64,000 bases of DNA from Escherichia coli (GTDB taxonomy: Bacteria > Pseudomonadota > Gammaproteobacteria > Enterobacterales > Enterobacteriaceae). The notes below the pieces were generated by a model. It was not told where the DNA came from, did not search any database, and saw only the letters and a list, made by a program, of their open reading frames with translations. The position numbers and the translations under genes are program-made. The DNA is taken from the NCBI RefSeq assembly GCF_002854065.1, contig NZ_CP024147.1. One strand, 5' to 3'. Shown piece by piece: positions 10,113 through 20,091 of the stretch (position 1 is the stretch's first letter; each line of letters starts with the position of its first letter).

Positions 10113-12089
10113 ATGTCTGACGACATGTCTATGGGTTTGCCTTCGTCAGCGGGCGAACACGGTGTACTACGCTCCATGCAGGAGGTTGCAATGAGCTCCC
10201 AGGAAGCCAGCAAGATGCTGCGTACTTACAATATTGCCTGGTGGGGCAATAACTACTATGACGTTAACGAGCTGGGCCACATTAGCGTGTGCCCGGACCC
10301 GGACGTCCCGGAAGCTCGCGTCGATCTCGCGCAGTTAGTGAAAACTCGTGAAGCACAGGGCCAGCGTCTGCCTGCACTGTTCTGTTTCCCACAGATCCTG
10401 CAGCACCGTTTGCGTTCCATTAACGCCGCGTTCAAACGTGCGCGGGAATCCTACGGCTATAACGGCGATTACTTCCTTGTTTATCCGATCAAAGTTAACC
10501 AGCACCGCCGCGTGATCGAGTCCCTGATTCATTCGGGCGAACCACTGGGTCTGGAAGCCGGTTCCAAAGCCGAGTTGATGGCAGTGCTGGCACATGCTGG
10601 CATGACCCGTAGCGTCATCGTCTGCAACGGTTATAAAGACCGCGAATATATCCGCCTGGCATTAATTGGCGAGAAGATGGGGCACAAGGTCTATCTGGTC
10701 ATTGAGAAGATGTCAGAAATCGCCATTGTGCTGGATGAAGCAGAACGTCTGAATGTCGTTCCTCGTCTGGGCGTGCGTGCACGTCTGGCTTCGCAGGGCT
10801 CGGGTAAATGGCAGTCCTCCGGCGGGGAAAAATCGAAGTTCGGCCTGGCTGCGACTCAGGTACTGCAACTGGTTGAAACCCTGCGTGAAGCCGGGCGTCT
10901 CGACAGCCTGCAACTACTGCACTTCCACCTCGGTTCGCAGATGGCGAATATTCGCGATATCGCCACAGGCGTTCGTGAATCGGCGCGTTTCTATGTGGAA
11001 CTGCACAAGCTGGGCGTCAATATTCAGTGCTTCGACGTCGGCGGCGGTCTGGGCGTGGATTATGAAGGTACTCGTTCGCAGTCCGACTGTTCGGTGAACT
11101 ACGGCCTCAATGAATATGCCAACAACATCATCTGGGCGATTGGTGATGCGTGTGAAGAAAACGGTCTGCCGCATCCGACGGTAATCACCGAATCGGGTCG
11201 TGCGGTGACTGCGCATCACACCGTGCTGGTGTCGAATATCATCGGCGTGGAACGTAACGAATACACGGTGCCGACCGCGCCTGCAGAAGATGCGCCGCGC
11301 GCGCTGCAAAGCATGTGGGAAACCTGGCAGGAGATGCACGAACCGGGAACTCGCCGTTCTCTGCGTGAATGGTTACACGACAGTCAGATGGATCTGCACG
11401 ACATTCATATCGGCTACTCTTCCGGCACCTTTAGCCTGCAAGAACGTGCATGGGCTGAGCAGCTTTATTTGAGCATGTGCCATGAAGTGCAAAAGCAACT
11501 GGATCCGCAAAACCGTGCTCATCGTCCGATTATCGACGAGCTGCAGGAACGTATGGCGGACAAAATGTACGTCAACTTCTCGCTGTTCCAGTCGATGCCG
11601 GATGCGTGGGGGATCGACCAGTTGTTCCCGGTTCTGCCGCTGGAAGGGCTGGATCAAGTGCCGGAACGCCGCGCTGTGCTGCTGGATATTACCTGTGACT
11701 CTGACGGTGCTATCGACCACTATATCGATGGTGATGGTATTGCCACGACAATGCCTATGCCGGAGTACGATCCAGAGAATCCGCCGATGCTCGGTTTCTT
11801 TATGGTCGGCGCATATCAGGAGATCCTCGGCAACATGCACAACCTGTTCGGTGATACCGAAGCGGTTGACGTGTTCGTCTTCCCTGACGGTAGTGTAGAA
11901 GTGGAACTGTCTGACGAAGGCGATACCGTGGCGGACATGCTGCAATATGTACAGCTCGATCCGAAAACGCTGTTAACTCAGTTCCGTGATCAAGTGAAGA
12001 AAACCGATCTTGATGCTGAACTGCAACAACAGTTCCTTGAAGAGTTCGAGGCAGGTTTGTACGGTTATACCTATCTTGAAGATGAATAA
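10113..12089 (+). CDS. speA: Biosynthetic arginine decarboxylase, 658 aa
   Basis: ORF in track (listed from a TTG at 10101); ATG at 10113 gives [40 protein letters not shown]. Confidence 0.95.
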
Positions 12090-12105
12090 TTAAGATTATT
12101 CTGCT

Positions 12106-12148
12106 GGCGGGTCGATTTATTTACGTAAATCGGCCCGCTTTCTTTTTA
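12106..12148 (+). terminator. Rho-independent terminator after speA
   Basis: Hairpin gcgggtcgattta-tttacg-taaatcggcccgc followed by tttcttttt. Confidence 0.6.
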
Positions 12149-12234
12149 TATATTCTTAAAAATAATTTAGCTGCTTTTCTTATTAAATAATCTCCCTACA
12201 ATCGCTGCATTAATTAAATGCAGAGGGAACGGTT

Positions 12235-12513
12235 ATGAAAAAATGGAAAGTACGTAGCGCGTTGGTGGCATTAATCGTGCTGCTGGCCGGTTGTTCCAGT
12301 AATGCGCAGTATAATAGCAGTGCATCGGGCAATGTCGGCACCGCCTGGGGTGGGGATGTGCACTCAACGGTTCAGGGCGTATCTGCTGAGCGAGCCTGGC
12401 GCGATCCGGCGGAGATGATCGTTATTAGTTATTCGACTAATGTTCCTTCCGGCTACGACCGCGTTTATAGCATTCGTATTAACGAACTGGAATATGCTAT
12501 TCGCGATGGGTGA
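12235..12513 (+). pseudogene. 5-prime fragment of a lipoprotein gene, truncated by IS1 (stop codon supplied by the IS1 inverted repeat)
   Basis: Signal peptide plus lipobox MKKWKVRSALVALIVLLAGC-SS; reading frame runs into the IS1 left end and ends at TGA inside ggTGAtgctgcc. Confidence 0.55.
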
Positions 12514-12563
12514 TGCTGCCAACTTACTGATTTAGTGTATGATGGTGTTTTTGAGGTGCTCCA

Positions 12564-12839
12564 GTGGCTTCTGTTTCTATCAGCTGTCCCTCCTGTTCAG
12601 CTACTGACGGGGTGGTGCGTAACGGCAAAAGCACTGCCGGACATCAGCGCTATCTCTGCTCTCACTGCCGTAAAACATGGCAACTGCAGTTCACTTACAC
12701 CGCTTCTCAACCCGGTACGCACCAGAAAATCATTGATATGGCCATGAATGGCGTTGGATGCCGGGCAACCGCCCGCATTATGGGCGTTGGCCTCAACACG
12801 ATTTTCCGCCATTTAAAAAACTCAGGCCGCAGTCGGTAA
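12564..12839 (+). CDS. insA: IS1 InsA (transposition repressor / N-terminal part of InsAB-prime transposase)
   Basis: [43 protein letters not shown]...; A6C slippery site ttaaaaaactc near 12816. Confidence 0.9.
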   Translation: MASVSISCPSCSATDGVVRNGKSTAGHQRYLCSHCRKTWQLQFTYTASQPGTHQKIIDMAMNGVGCRATARIMGVGLNTIFRHLKNSGRSR

Positions 12840-13261
12840 CCTCGCGCATACAGCCGGGCAGTGACGTCATCGTCTGCGCGGAAATGGACGAACAGTGGGG
12901 ATACGTCGGGGCTAAATCGCGCCAGCGCTGGCTGTTTTACGCGTATGACAGGCTCCGGAAGACGGTTGTTGCGCACGTATTCGGTGAACGCACTATGGCG
13001 ACGCTGGGGCGTCTTATGAGCCTGCTGTCACCCTTTGACGTGGTGATATGGATGACGGATGGCTGGCCGCTGTATGAATCCCGCCTGAAGGGAAAGCTGC
13101 ACGTAATCAGCAAGCGATATACGCAGCGAATTGAGCGGCATAACCTGAATCTGAGGCAGCACCTGGCACGGCTGGGACGGAAGTCGCTGTCGTTCTCAAA
13201 ATCGGTGGAGCTGCATGACAAAGTCATCGGGCATTATCTGAACATAAAACACTATCAATAA
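12758..13261 (+). CDS. insB: IS1 InsB reading frame (expressed as InsAB-prime by -1 frameshifting)
   Basis: ORF in track ...[50 protein letters not shown]... Confidence 0.9.
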   Translation: MPGNRPHYGRWPQHDFPPFKKLRPQSVTSRIQPGSDVIVCAEMDEQWGYVGAKSRQRWLFYAYDRLRKTVVAHVFGERTMATLGRLMSLLSPFDVVIWMTDGWPLYESRLKGKLHVISKRYTQRIERHNLNLRQHLARLGRKSLSFSKSVELHDKVIGHYLNIKHYQ

Positions 13262-13463
13262 GTTGGAGTCATTACCCACGCAAAGCACTGTTTAGTTTTA
13301 CCATAGTACTTAGTAATAAAAGCATTCATGTTTTCCTCGTATATTATTATTTAAATTCAAACCACCAACTTCATTTGCGAGTCACCGGTATCCCATATTT
13401 TTGGGATGTAGCTATAATTATCCATTCCCGCTATTTAGTCTTCAAAAAAAATTACATTTAATA

Positions 13464-14069
13464 TCATTTATCTTGATTGAGAAATAGTAAGACTAAAAAA
13501 ACAAGCGTCGTCAACCAGCACACTGCTAACACGGTAAGAACGCTAATAAAAACACTCCACTGCTTCGTTTTATACCATTCAATATTTTTGTCAGTATGTT
13601 TTATTGGGAGTAGCTCTTCAGTAGAGAATTCCTGGCTGTTATCATTCCCAGAAATGTGTGCATCAGTGTTTACTTCCCTGGCCTCGCTATCATTGGTATA
13701 GCTACTACAGTCTTCATCACTGCCACGCTCATTCTCACAGACATGTTTCTCGACCTTTCCAAGATATCTGACGCCTTTTCGCGGAATGGTTTTAATTAGA
13801 GAACTCGACAAACCAGCGATGTCTAATGCCTTTCTAAGCATGTAAATCTGCCCATAATAACTGCTGTCGCTTACCGAACCTTTCTGCTCCCGCCAAACCT
13901 CATTGATAATATGTTGCTTATCGGATTCTCCCTGTAGTAAAAGGAGTAAAAATCGATAGCCGTTTTCAGACAGATTAATTACATTGCCTGTACTGGTGGT
14001 GATACGTCGAGACGCTGGGTAAAACTTAACTCCCTGCCCTAAAGAAAAATAAAAACGGTCATCGCTCAT
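13464..14069 (-). CDS. Putative membrane-anchored ToxR/CadC-like transcriptional regulator (N-terminal winged-helix domain, C-terminal TM helix), 201 aa
   Basis: ORF in track; N-terminal region resembles OmpR/ToxR-type DNA-binding domains (GVRYLGKV); hydrophobic stretch WSVFISVLTVLAVCWLTTLVFLVLLFL near the C-terminus; lies in AT-rich DNA. Confidence 0.45.
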   Translation of the reverse strand: MSDDRFYFSLGQGVKFYPASRRITTSTGNVINLSENGYRFLLLLLQGESDKQHIINEVWREQKGSVSDSSYYGQIYMLRKALDIAGLSSSLIKTIPRKGVRYLGKVEKHVCENERGSDEDCSSYTNDSEAREVNTDAHISGNDNSQEFSTEELLPIKHTDKNIEWYKTKQWSVFISVLTVLAVCWLTTLVFLVLLFLNQDK

Positions 14070-15395
14070 AAGTACCGAACCCTGTTTTCTTCTTCACATG
14101 ACTACTCATTACAACTTTGTATGAAGTAAGATGCAAAATCATATTGTTTACATTAAGTTAAGCAATTATACCGTTTAAACAAAGACAATACGTCTCTTTA
14201 TTTCTCATAAAACCCAAATCCCTTACAGGGCTTATTGAAAAATTTAAAAATCACAAATTTCTCAATACTAAAAATGAGATCACATAAGAAATCAAAAAAC
14301 CTTCTCATCTATTTTAAGTTTTCCCAACGTAAAATAAGAGCTTTTATTAATAACTGAACCACTTTACTGTTCTATTTGTTCAGGTATTGCATTACGGTGT
14401 GCTGAGATCCATAGGTGCATCCCTGTATCCCGCGATGAGACTAAAATAGTCGTGATTTAAGCTCGTATCAGATTCTTAGTGAATACCACATTTGTTATAA
14501 TTAAGTGAAAAGATACATTGCTGATTTACATTTTTTGGTTTACAAAATGTCATCACTTACAGAGTTATCGCTGACATATACCTTTAATCTCTTAATCCTT
14601 TCGTGTTATTGCAATACAACCATCCATAAAGCAGGCTATTTTTAGCAGGAAATACTCAGGTGTCAACATTCGAACCCCAACCCTGAAATATTCATATAAA
14701 TTAATGATTTTTTCATTTATTCACACCTAATCAAAGTATTCAAATTCAGATGATTTTTCTGCTCAACAGACACAAACAGGCAATAATACTCTCCAAAGCG
14801 AACAATATTTGGCATTACGATTTAATGCTTCATAATCACCAAATCATTTAACTATAAATTTTCTTATTTTTAACGAAATGGTTGGTGTTTTTTTGGAATT
14901 AAAACACATACATAATATTAACATCTACCGACATTTCACTTTCCGCAAGACGAATGATTTCGAATCCTCATCTACGTTCTCCCATCCCAAATATCTTTAT
15001 TAATAGGCAGTAACGAACACTGTTATAGCAAGATTACCTTATTAACCTAATGGAATCCTTTATGTAACAAGTGAAAATAAATTCCTTAAAATTGATTCTC
15101 AGCAAATCTTAAAAGTTCTCATTATTCTGCAAAATCAGCTTTGCGAATAATCTTATGTTTTTGGGAATTTTGATCTGCTCATTGCTCTCGTGAAAAATAC
15201 AAACAAGAGAAAAAACGCCATTCGTCATGAAAAGAACAGACGTAGCAATGTAATAACATACTAAAATTGATCTCATGAAAGTGGGTGCTTTATAACCAGC
15301 ACAGAAGCTCAGACGTATAAATATTAAACAATTTGCATTGTAAAACGGAGACTATGTATTAAGAAGCCAATCGTAAAAACGGTTCCCTGGCGAGA

Positions 15396-15443
15396 TAAAC
15401 GACAAACAAATGGAAAGCCGGATGATATTTACCTTCATCCGGC
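15396..15443 (-). terminator. Putative rho-independent terminator after glcA
   Basis: Hairpin gccggatga / tcatccggc followed on the minus strand by tttccatttgtttgtcgttta. Confidence 0.5.
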
Positions 15444-15452
15444 ATTATTGAC

Positions 15453-17135
15453 TTACGAAACTAACATCCCGGTAAACACATACGCCTGCAACAGCGTGAT
15501 AATGCCGATAACGCTGGCAAAAATCAGACTGTGCTTCACGGTATAGCGGAACAGTTCAGATTCTCGGCCCACCATGCCCGTCGCGGCGCAGGCCACGGCG
15601 ATAGATTGCGGGGAGATCATCTTGCCAGTTACGCCGCCGCTGGTATTTGCTGCCACCAGCAGAGTGTCAGAGACGTTGATTTGCTGCGCCGTGGTCGATT
15701 GCAGTGAACCAAACAGGGCGTTAGAGGAGGTGTCCGAGCCGGTAAGGAATACGCCCAGCCAGCCGAGAAACGGTGAGAAGAACGGGAACATCACGCCTGT
15801 ACCTGCCAGTACCAGCGCCAGCGTGGTGGACATGCCGGAATAGTTGGTGACGAAAGCGAACGCCAGCACCATGCCAATCGACAATATCGGCCACTTCAGA
15901 CTAATTAGCGTTTCGGCAAAGACGCCAATCCCTTTCTTGATGCCCACGCCGAGGATGAAGATAGAGATAATCGCCGCAATAAAAATAGCGGTGCCGCCAG
16001 CCGAGAGGGGGTCGAATTTAAACACCGCATCCATCGGCGTTGGTTGGGCGACAATGGGTGCCGCTTTCAACACTTGTTGATGCAAATGAGGGATCTGGAA
16101 ATTAATCACCAGTGAATAAAACGCGCCGCCCGGAGCAAATAACGCTTTAAACGGCTTCATGGTCCAGATGGTGACCAGCACCGTTAAGATTAAAAACGGT
16201 GACCACGCTCGAATGATTTGCCCCAGACTATATTCTGAAGGCACGGGACCGCCAGAAGATGGCTTATTTACCACCATCGCACCTGCGGATTGTCCCATGC
16301 TGATTGCCGTTTCGGTATTTTTCGGCCGCCAGACTTTAAGGAATAAAGCGAGTGAGACGATACTCACCAGCGCCGAAGTAATATCCGGCAGTTCCGGACC
16401 AATATAATTAGAGGTAAAGAACTGAGTGACAGCGAAGCTTCCCCCAGCAACCAGCGCCGCTGGCCACGTCTCTTTCACCCCTTTCCAGCCGTCCATCATT
16501 GCTACCAGCCAGAACGGCACAAGAACCGACAGGAACGGTAACTGACGTCCCGCCATTGCGCCAATGTGGAACGGATCGATTCCCGTTACCTGACCGGCGA
16601 CCAGAATCGGCACGCCCAACGCACCAAACGCCACCGGCGCAGTATTGGCAATCAGACACAGCCCTGCCGCGTATAAAGGTTTGAAGCCCAGGCCCACCAG
16701 CAGAGCACCAGTAATCGCCACCGGAGCACCAAAGCCAGCCGCCCCTTCCAGCAGCGCGCCAAAGGAGAAACCAATCAGTAACACCTGCAAACGCTGATCG
16801 TCAGTGATGGAGATGACCGAGCTGCGGATAATATCAAACTGACCGCTGGCAACGGTTAATTTATAGAGGAATACCGCTGCAACAATAATCCAGGCAATAG
16901 GCCATAAACCATAAATAAAGCCATAGCCCGCAGCAGCAAATGCCATATCAATCGGCATTTTAAAGGCGAATATCGCAATCAGGATAGATAATATAAGGGT
17001 TATCGCTCCAGCGACATGTCCTTTCAGACGTAATACCGCGAGTGCAACGAAGAAGAATATTATCGGGATCAGGGCGACCAGAGCGGATAGCCCCAGTCCT
17101 CCCATCGGCATATACATTTGGGTCCAGGTAACCAT
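15453..17135 (-). CDS. glcA: Glycolate/lactate permease (LctP family), 560 aa
   Basis: Full-length polytopic ORF recognised as GlcA; last gene of the glc operon. Confidence 0.9.
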   Translation of the reverse strand: MVTWTQMYMPMGGLGLSALVALIPIIFFFVALAVLRLKGHVAGAITLILSILIAIFAFKMPIDMAFAAAGYGFIYGLWPIAWIIVAAVFLYKLTVASGQFDIIRSSVISITDDQRLQVLLIGFSFGALLEGAAGFGAPVAITGALLVGLGFKPLYAAGLCLIANTAPVAFGALGVPILVAGQVTGIDPFHIGAMAGRQLPFLSVLVPFWLVAMMDGWKGVKETWPAALVAGGSFAVTQFFTSNYIGPELPDITSALVSIVSLALFLKVWRPKNTETAISMGQSAGAMVVNKPSSGGPVPSEYSLGQIIRAWSPFLILTVLVTIWTMKPFKALFAPGGAFYSLVINFQIPHLHQQVLKAAPIVAQPTPMDAVFKFDPLSAGGTAIFIAAIISIFILGVGIKKGIGVFAETLISLKWPILSIGMVLAFAFVTNYSGMSTTLALVLAGTGVMFPFFSPFLGWLGVFLTGSDTSSNALFGSLQSTTAQQINVSDTLLVAANTSGGVTGKMISPQSIAVACAATGMVGRESELFRYTVKHSLIFASVIGIITLLQAYVFTGMLVS

Positions 17136-17489
17136 ATTGTTCAGTCTCTTATTATCTTTATATGCTTGATATACTTAAGGTTGTAATAAGCAAAAGAGGA
17201 CTGAACTGTAAAATATAGGCGTTATACTTTACAGCAACAGTACGCCGCTAACGCAATTGCTACCTCTGGCATAACAAGTATATCGGGTAAGGGTTTCTGT
17301 TCCGCACACGCAGGCGCAGAGTATCGTTAAGATGTCCATATTGTTGTTTTAATCCCGCTAGTAATGCGCTACGGGTATTTAATATTGTTAAACCCTGATA
17401 ATCGCTCCGGTTATTTCCGGGATAAATGTACTACCGCAGTTACTATCATAGCCCCGACAATAAAACTTGCCGGGGCTTTTTTGACGCTA

Positions 17490-19661
17490 TTAATGACTTT
17501 CTTTTTCGCGTAAACGCCAGGCGTGTAATAACGGTTCGGTATAACCGTTTGGCTGTTTCACGCCGAGGAAGATCAAATCGCTGGCAGCTTTAAAAGCACA
17601 CGAGTTAGCGAAATTCCCCGCCATCGGACGATAAGCCGGATCGCCAGCGTTTTGCTGATCAACCACTTTCGCCATATTCTCCAGCGACGCCTGCACCTGT
17701 TCTTTGGTCAGAATACCGTGACGTAACCAGTTGGCGATATGCTGGCTGGAGATGCGCAGCGTTGCGCGGTCTTCCATCAGCGCCACATTGTGAATATCCG
17801 GCACTTTTGAACAACCAATCCCCTGCTCCACCCAGCGCACCACGTACCCCAGAATCCCCTGCACGTTGTTATCCAGCTCTTGTTGGATCTCTTGCGCCGA
17901 CCAGTTAGCGTTTTCAGCAACCGGAATAGTCAGCAGATCGTCCAGCAGCGGTTCAAATTCAGCATTGAACTCGGTCTGGGCAATGTTGGCTTGCACGCTC
18001 TGTACGTTGGTTTGGTGGTAGTGCAGCGCATGGAGCGTAGCAGCGGTTGGTGACGGAACCCAGGCTGTGTTTGCCCCGGCACGCAGCTGATCGCCCTTCT
18101 GGCTGTACATGTCTGCCATCAGGTCCGGCATTGCCCACATGCCTTTACCAATTTGCGCTTTACCGCGCAGCCCACAGAACAGACCGGAAAGCACGTTATT
18201 ACGCTCGTAGGCTTTGATCCAAGGCGTCGATTTCATCTGATTTTTACGCAGCATCGGGCCAGCTTCCATCACCGAATGCATTTCATCGCCGGTACGGTCG
18301 AGGAAACCGGTATTGATGAACGCCACGCGGTTGCGCGCCTGAGCGATACAGCTACGCAAGTTCAGCGAGGTCCGACGTTCTTCATCCATAATGCCCATTT
18401 TCAGGGTATTCGGTGCCATACCGAGCATTGTCTCAATGCGGGTAAACAGTTTGTTGGCGAACGCCACTTCCTGCGGACCGTGCATTTTCGGTTTCACAAT
18501 ATAGACGCTGCCAGTGCGCGAGTTTTTCTGCACTTTTAAATCATAGAGGGCAATCGCGCCAGTCATGACGCCATCAAGAATGCCTTCCGGGATTTCATTG
18601 CCTTCACTGTCCCAAATCACAGGAATGGTCATCAAATGACCCACGTTGCGGATAAACAGCAACGAGCGTCCGTGCAGAGAAATTTCAGAGCCATCGGCGG
18701 CGGTGTACTGACGATCGTCATTCAGTTTACGTACGATTTGCCGACCGTTTTTCTCCATTTTCTCTTGCAGAGTCCCCTGCATCAGGCCCAGCAGATTGCG
18801 GTACAGCAGGATTTTATCTTCCGCATCAACCGCCGCGACCGAATCTTCGCAGTCGAGAATGGTACTGATAGCAGCTTCGACGATAACATCGTTGATGTGC
18901 GCCGGATCGTCTTTGCCAATCCGCCCGTTGGCATCAATTTGCAGTTCAATATGCAGGCCGTTATTTTTCAGCAAAATGCAGGACGGCGCAGCGGCATTGC
19001 CACGGTAACCGACAAACTGCGCCGGGGTACGTAACGTGGTTTCTTTACCATTTTTCAACTGGATGCGTAATTGTTTATCAACTACCTTAAACGCCACCAC
19101 ATCCTGATAGCTGCCGTTTTCCAGCGGTAGTGATTCATCGAGGAAACGCCGAACCCAGGCGATAACCTGCTCACCGCGCTGCGGATCGTAGCCGCTGACC
19201 ATCGCCCCTTCCTGCGGGATGATGTCGCTGCCGTATAACGCATCGTACAGTGAGCCCCAGCGAGCGTTCGCCGCGTTCAGCGCGTAGCGGGCGTTCATTG
19301 CCGGAACCACCAGCTGTGGCCCCGCCTGGCTGGTGATTTCGCTGTCAATGCCCGTGGTTTCCACCGTCACGCGCTCCGGTTGCGGCACCAGGTAGCCCAG
19401 TTCACGCAGGAAAGATTTATAGGCCGCTTTATCTTTTACCGGCCCCGGATTGCTGCGATGCCACTCATCAAGCGCCGCCTGAATGCGATCGCGTTCTGCC
19501 AGCAACTGACGATTTTCTGGTGCCAGATCGTGAACGATCTCATCAAAATTGCGCCAGAACGCCGCAGCGTCTAGCCCTGTTCCCGGTAAAACTTCTTCAT
19601 CCACAAAACGTTTAAAATTGGCGTCAATGCGTAAACGGCCCTGGGTTATGGTTTGACTCAT
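17490..19661 (-). CDS. glcB: Malate synthase G, 723 aa
   Basis: ORF in track; start set at [25 protein letters not shown]. Confidence 0.95.
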   Translation of the reverse strand: MSQTITQGRLRIDANFKRFVDEEVLPGTGLDAAAFWRNFDEIVHDLAPENRQLLAERDRIQAALDEWHRSNPGPVKDKAAYKSFLRELGYLVPQPERVTVETTGIDSEITSQAGPQLVVPAMNARYALNAANARWGSLYDALYGSDIIPQEGAMVSGYDPQRGEQVIAWVRRFLDESLPLENGSYQDVVAFKVVDKQLRIQLKNGKETTLRTPAQFVGYRGNAAAPSCILLKNNGLHIELQIDANGRIGKDDPAHINDVIVEAAISTILDCEDSVAAVDAEDKILLYRNLLGLMQGTLQEKMEKNGRQIVRKLNDDRQYTAADGSEISLHGRSLLFIRNVGHLMTIPVIWDSEGNEIPEGILDGVMTGAIALYDLKVQKNSRTGSVYIVKPKMHGPQEVAFANKLFTRIETMLGMAPNTLKMGIMDEERRTSLNLRSCIAQARNRVAFINTGFLDRTGDEMHSVMEAGPMLRKNQMKSTPWIKAYERNNVLSGLFCGLRGKAQIGKGMWAMPDLMADMYSQKGDQLRAGANTAWVPSPTAATLHALHYHQTNVQSVQANIAQTEFNAEFEPLLDDLLTIPVAENANWSAQEIQQELDNNVQGILGYVVRWVEQGIGCSKVPDIHNVALMEDRATLRISSQHIANWLRHGILTKEQVQASLENMAKVVDQQNAGDPAYRPMAGNFANSCAFKAASDLIFLGVKQPNGYTEPLLHAWRLREKESH

Positions 19662-19682
19662 TGTTTCTCTCCTCATTTTCGC

Positions 19683-20087
19683 TTATTTCGCCAACACCGC
19701 TGCTGCCGCTTTCGCGACCTGCGCATCCTGTGCTCCGGTTAAACCAGAAACGCCCACGGCACCAATAATTTGCCCATCAACAACAACCGGTACGCCGCCT
19801 TCCAGCGACGTTAATAACGGCGCAGTCACGAACGCGGTACGTCCGTTGTTCACCATCTCTTCATAGCCCTTAGTTTCACGACGCCCCAACGCGGCGGTAC
19901 GCGCTTTCTCCTGGGAGATGTAAGCCGCAATCGGCGCGCAATCGTCCATGCGACTTAACGCCAGCAGATGACCGCCGTCATCGGCAACAGCAATGGAAAC
20001 AGACCAGTTATTTTTCTGCGCCTCTTCCTGACCTGCGGCAATAATTGCACTCGCCATTTGCTGGCTAAGAATGACTTTAGTTTTCAT
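19683..20087 (-). CDS. glcG: GlcG (heme-binding-like protein of the glc operon), 134 aa
   Basis: ORF in track; start set at MKTKVILSQQMASAIIAAGQEEA. Confidence 0.85.
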   Translation of the reverse strand: MKTKVILSQQMASAIIAAGQEEAQKNNWSVSIAVADDGGHLLALSRMDDCAPIAAYISQEKARTAALGRRETKGYEEMVNNGRTAFVTAPLLTSLEGGVPVVVDGQIIGAVGVSGLTGAQDAQVAKAAAAVLAK

Positions 20088-20091
20088 TTTT

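Larger units (their letters stand above)
12509..13276 (+). mobile_element. Insertion sequence IS1 (768 bp), complete
   Basis: Left end ggtgatgctgccaacttactgat at 12509 and inverted right end ending ...aagttggagtcattacc at 13276; contains insA and insB; no direct repeat at the flanks. Confidence 0.95.

Noticed and set aside
12535-13261. Additional ORFs in other frames inside IS1 (12535-12747 plus, 12597-12812 minus, 12707-12976 minus, 12937-13227 minus)
   Set aside because: Alternative-frame overlaps of insA/insB within a well-known element; not independent genes
14070-15395. tRNA gene (for example a phe-tRNA island attachment site) in the AT-rich tract
   Set aside because: I looked for the conserved tRNA 3-prime end and T-arm motifs (ggttcgattcc ... 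cca) and did not find them; the region is too AT-rich for a tRNA
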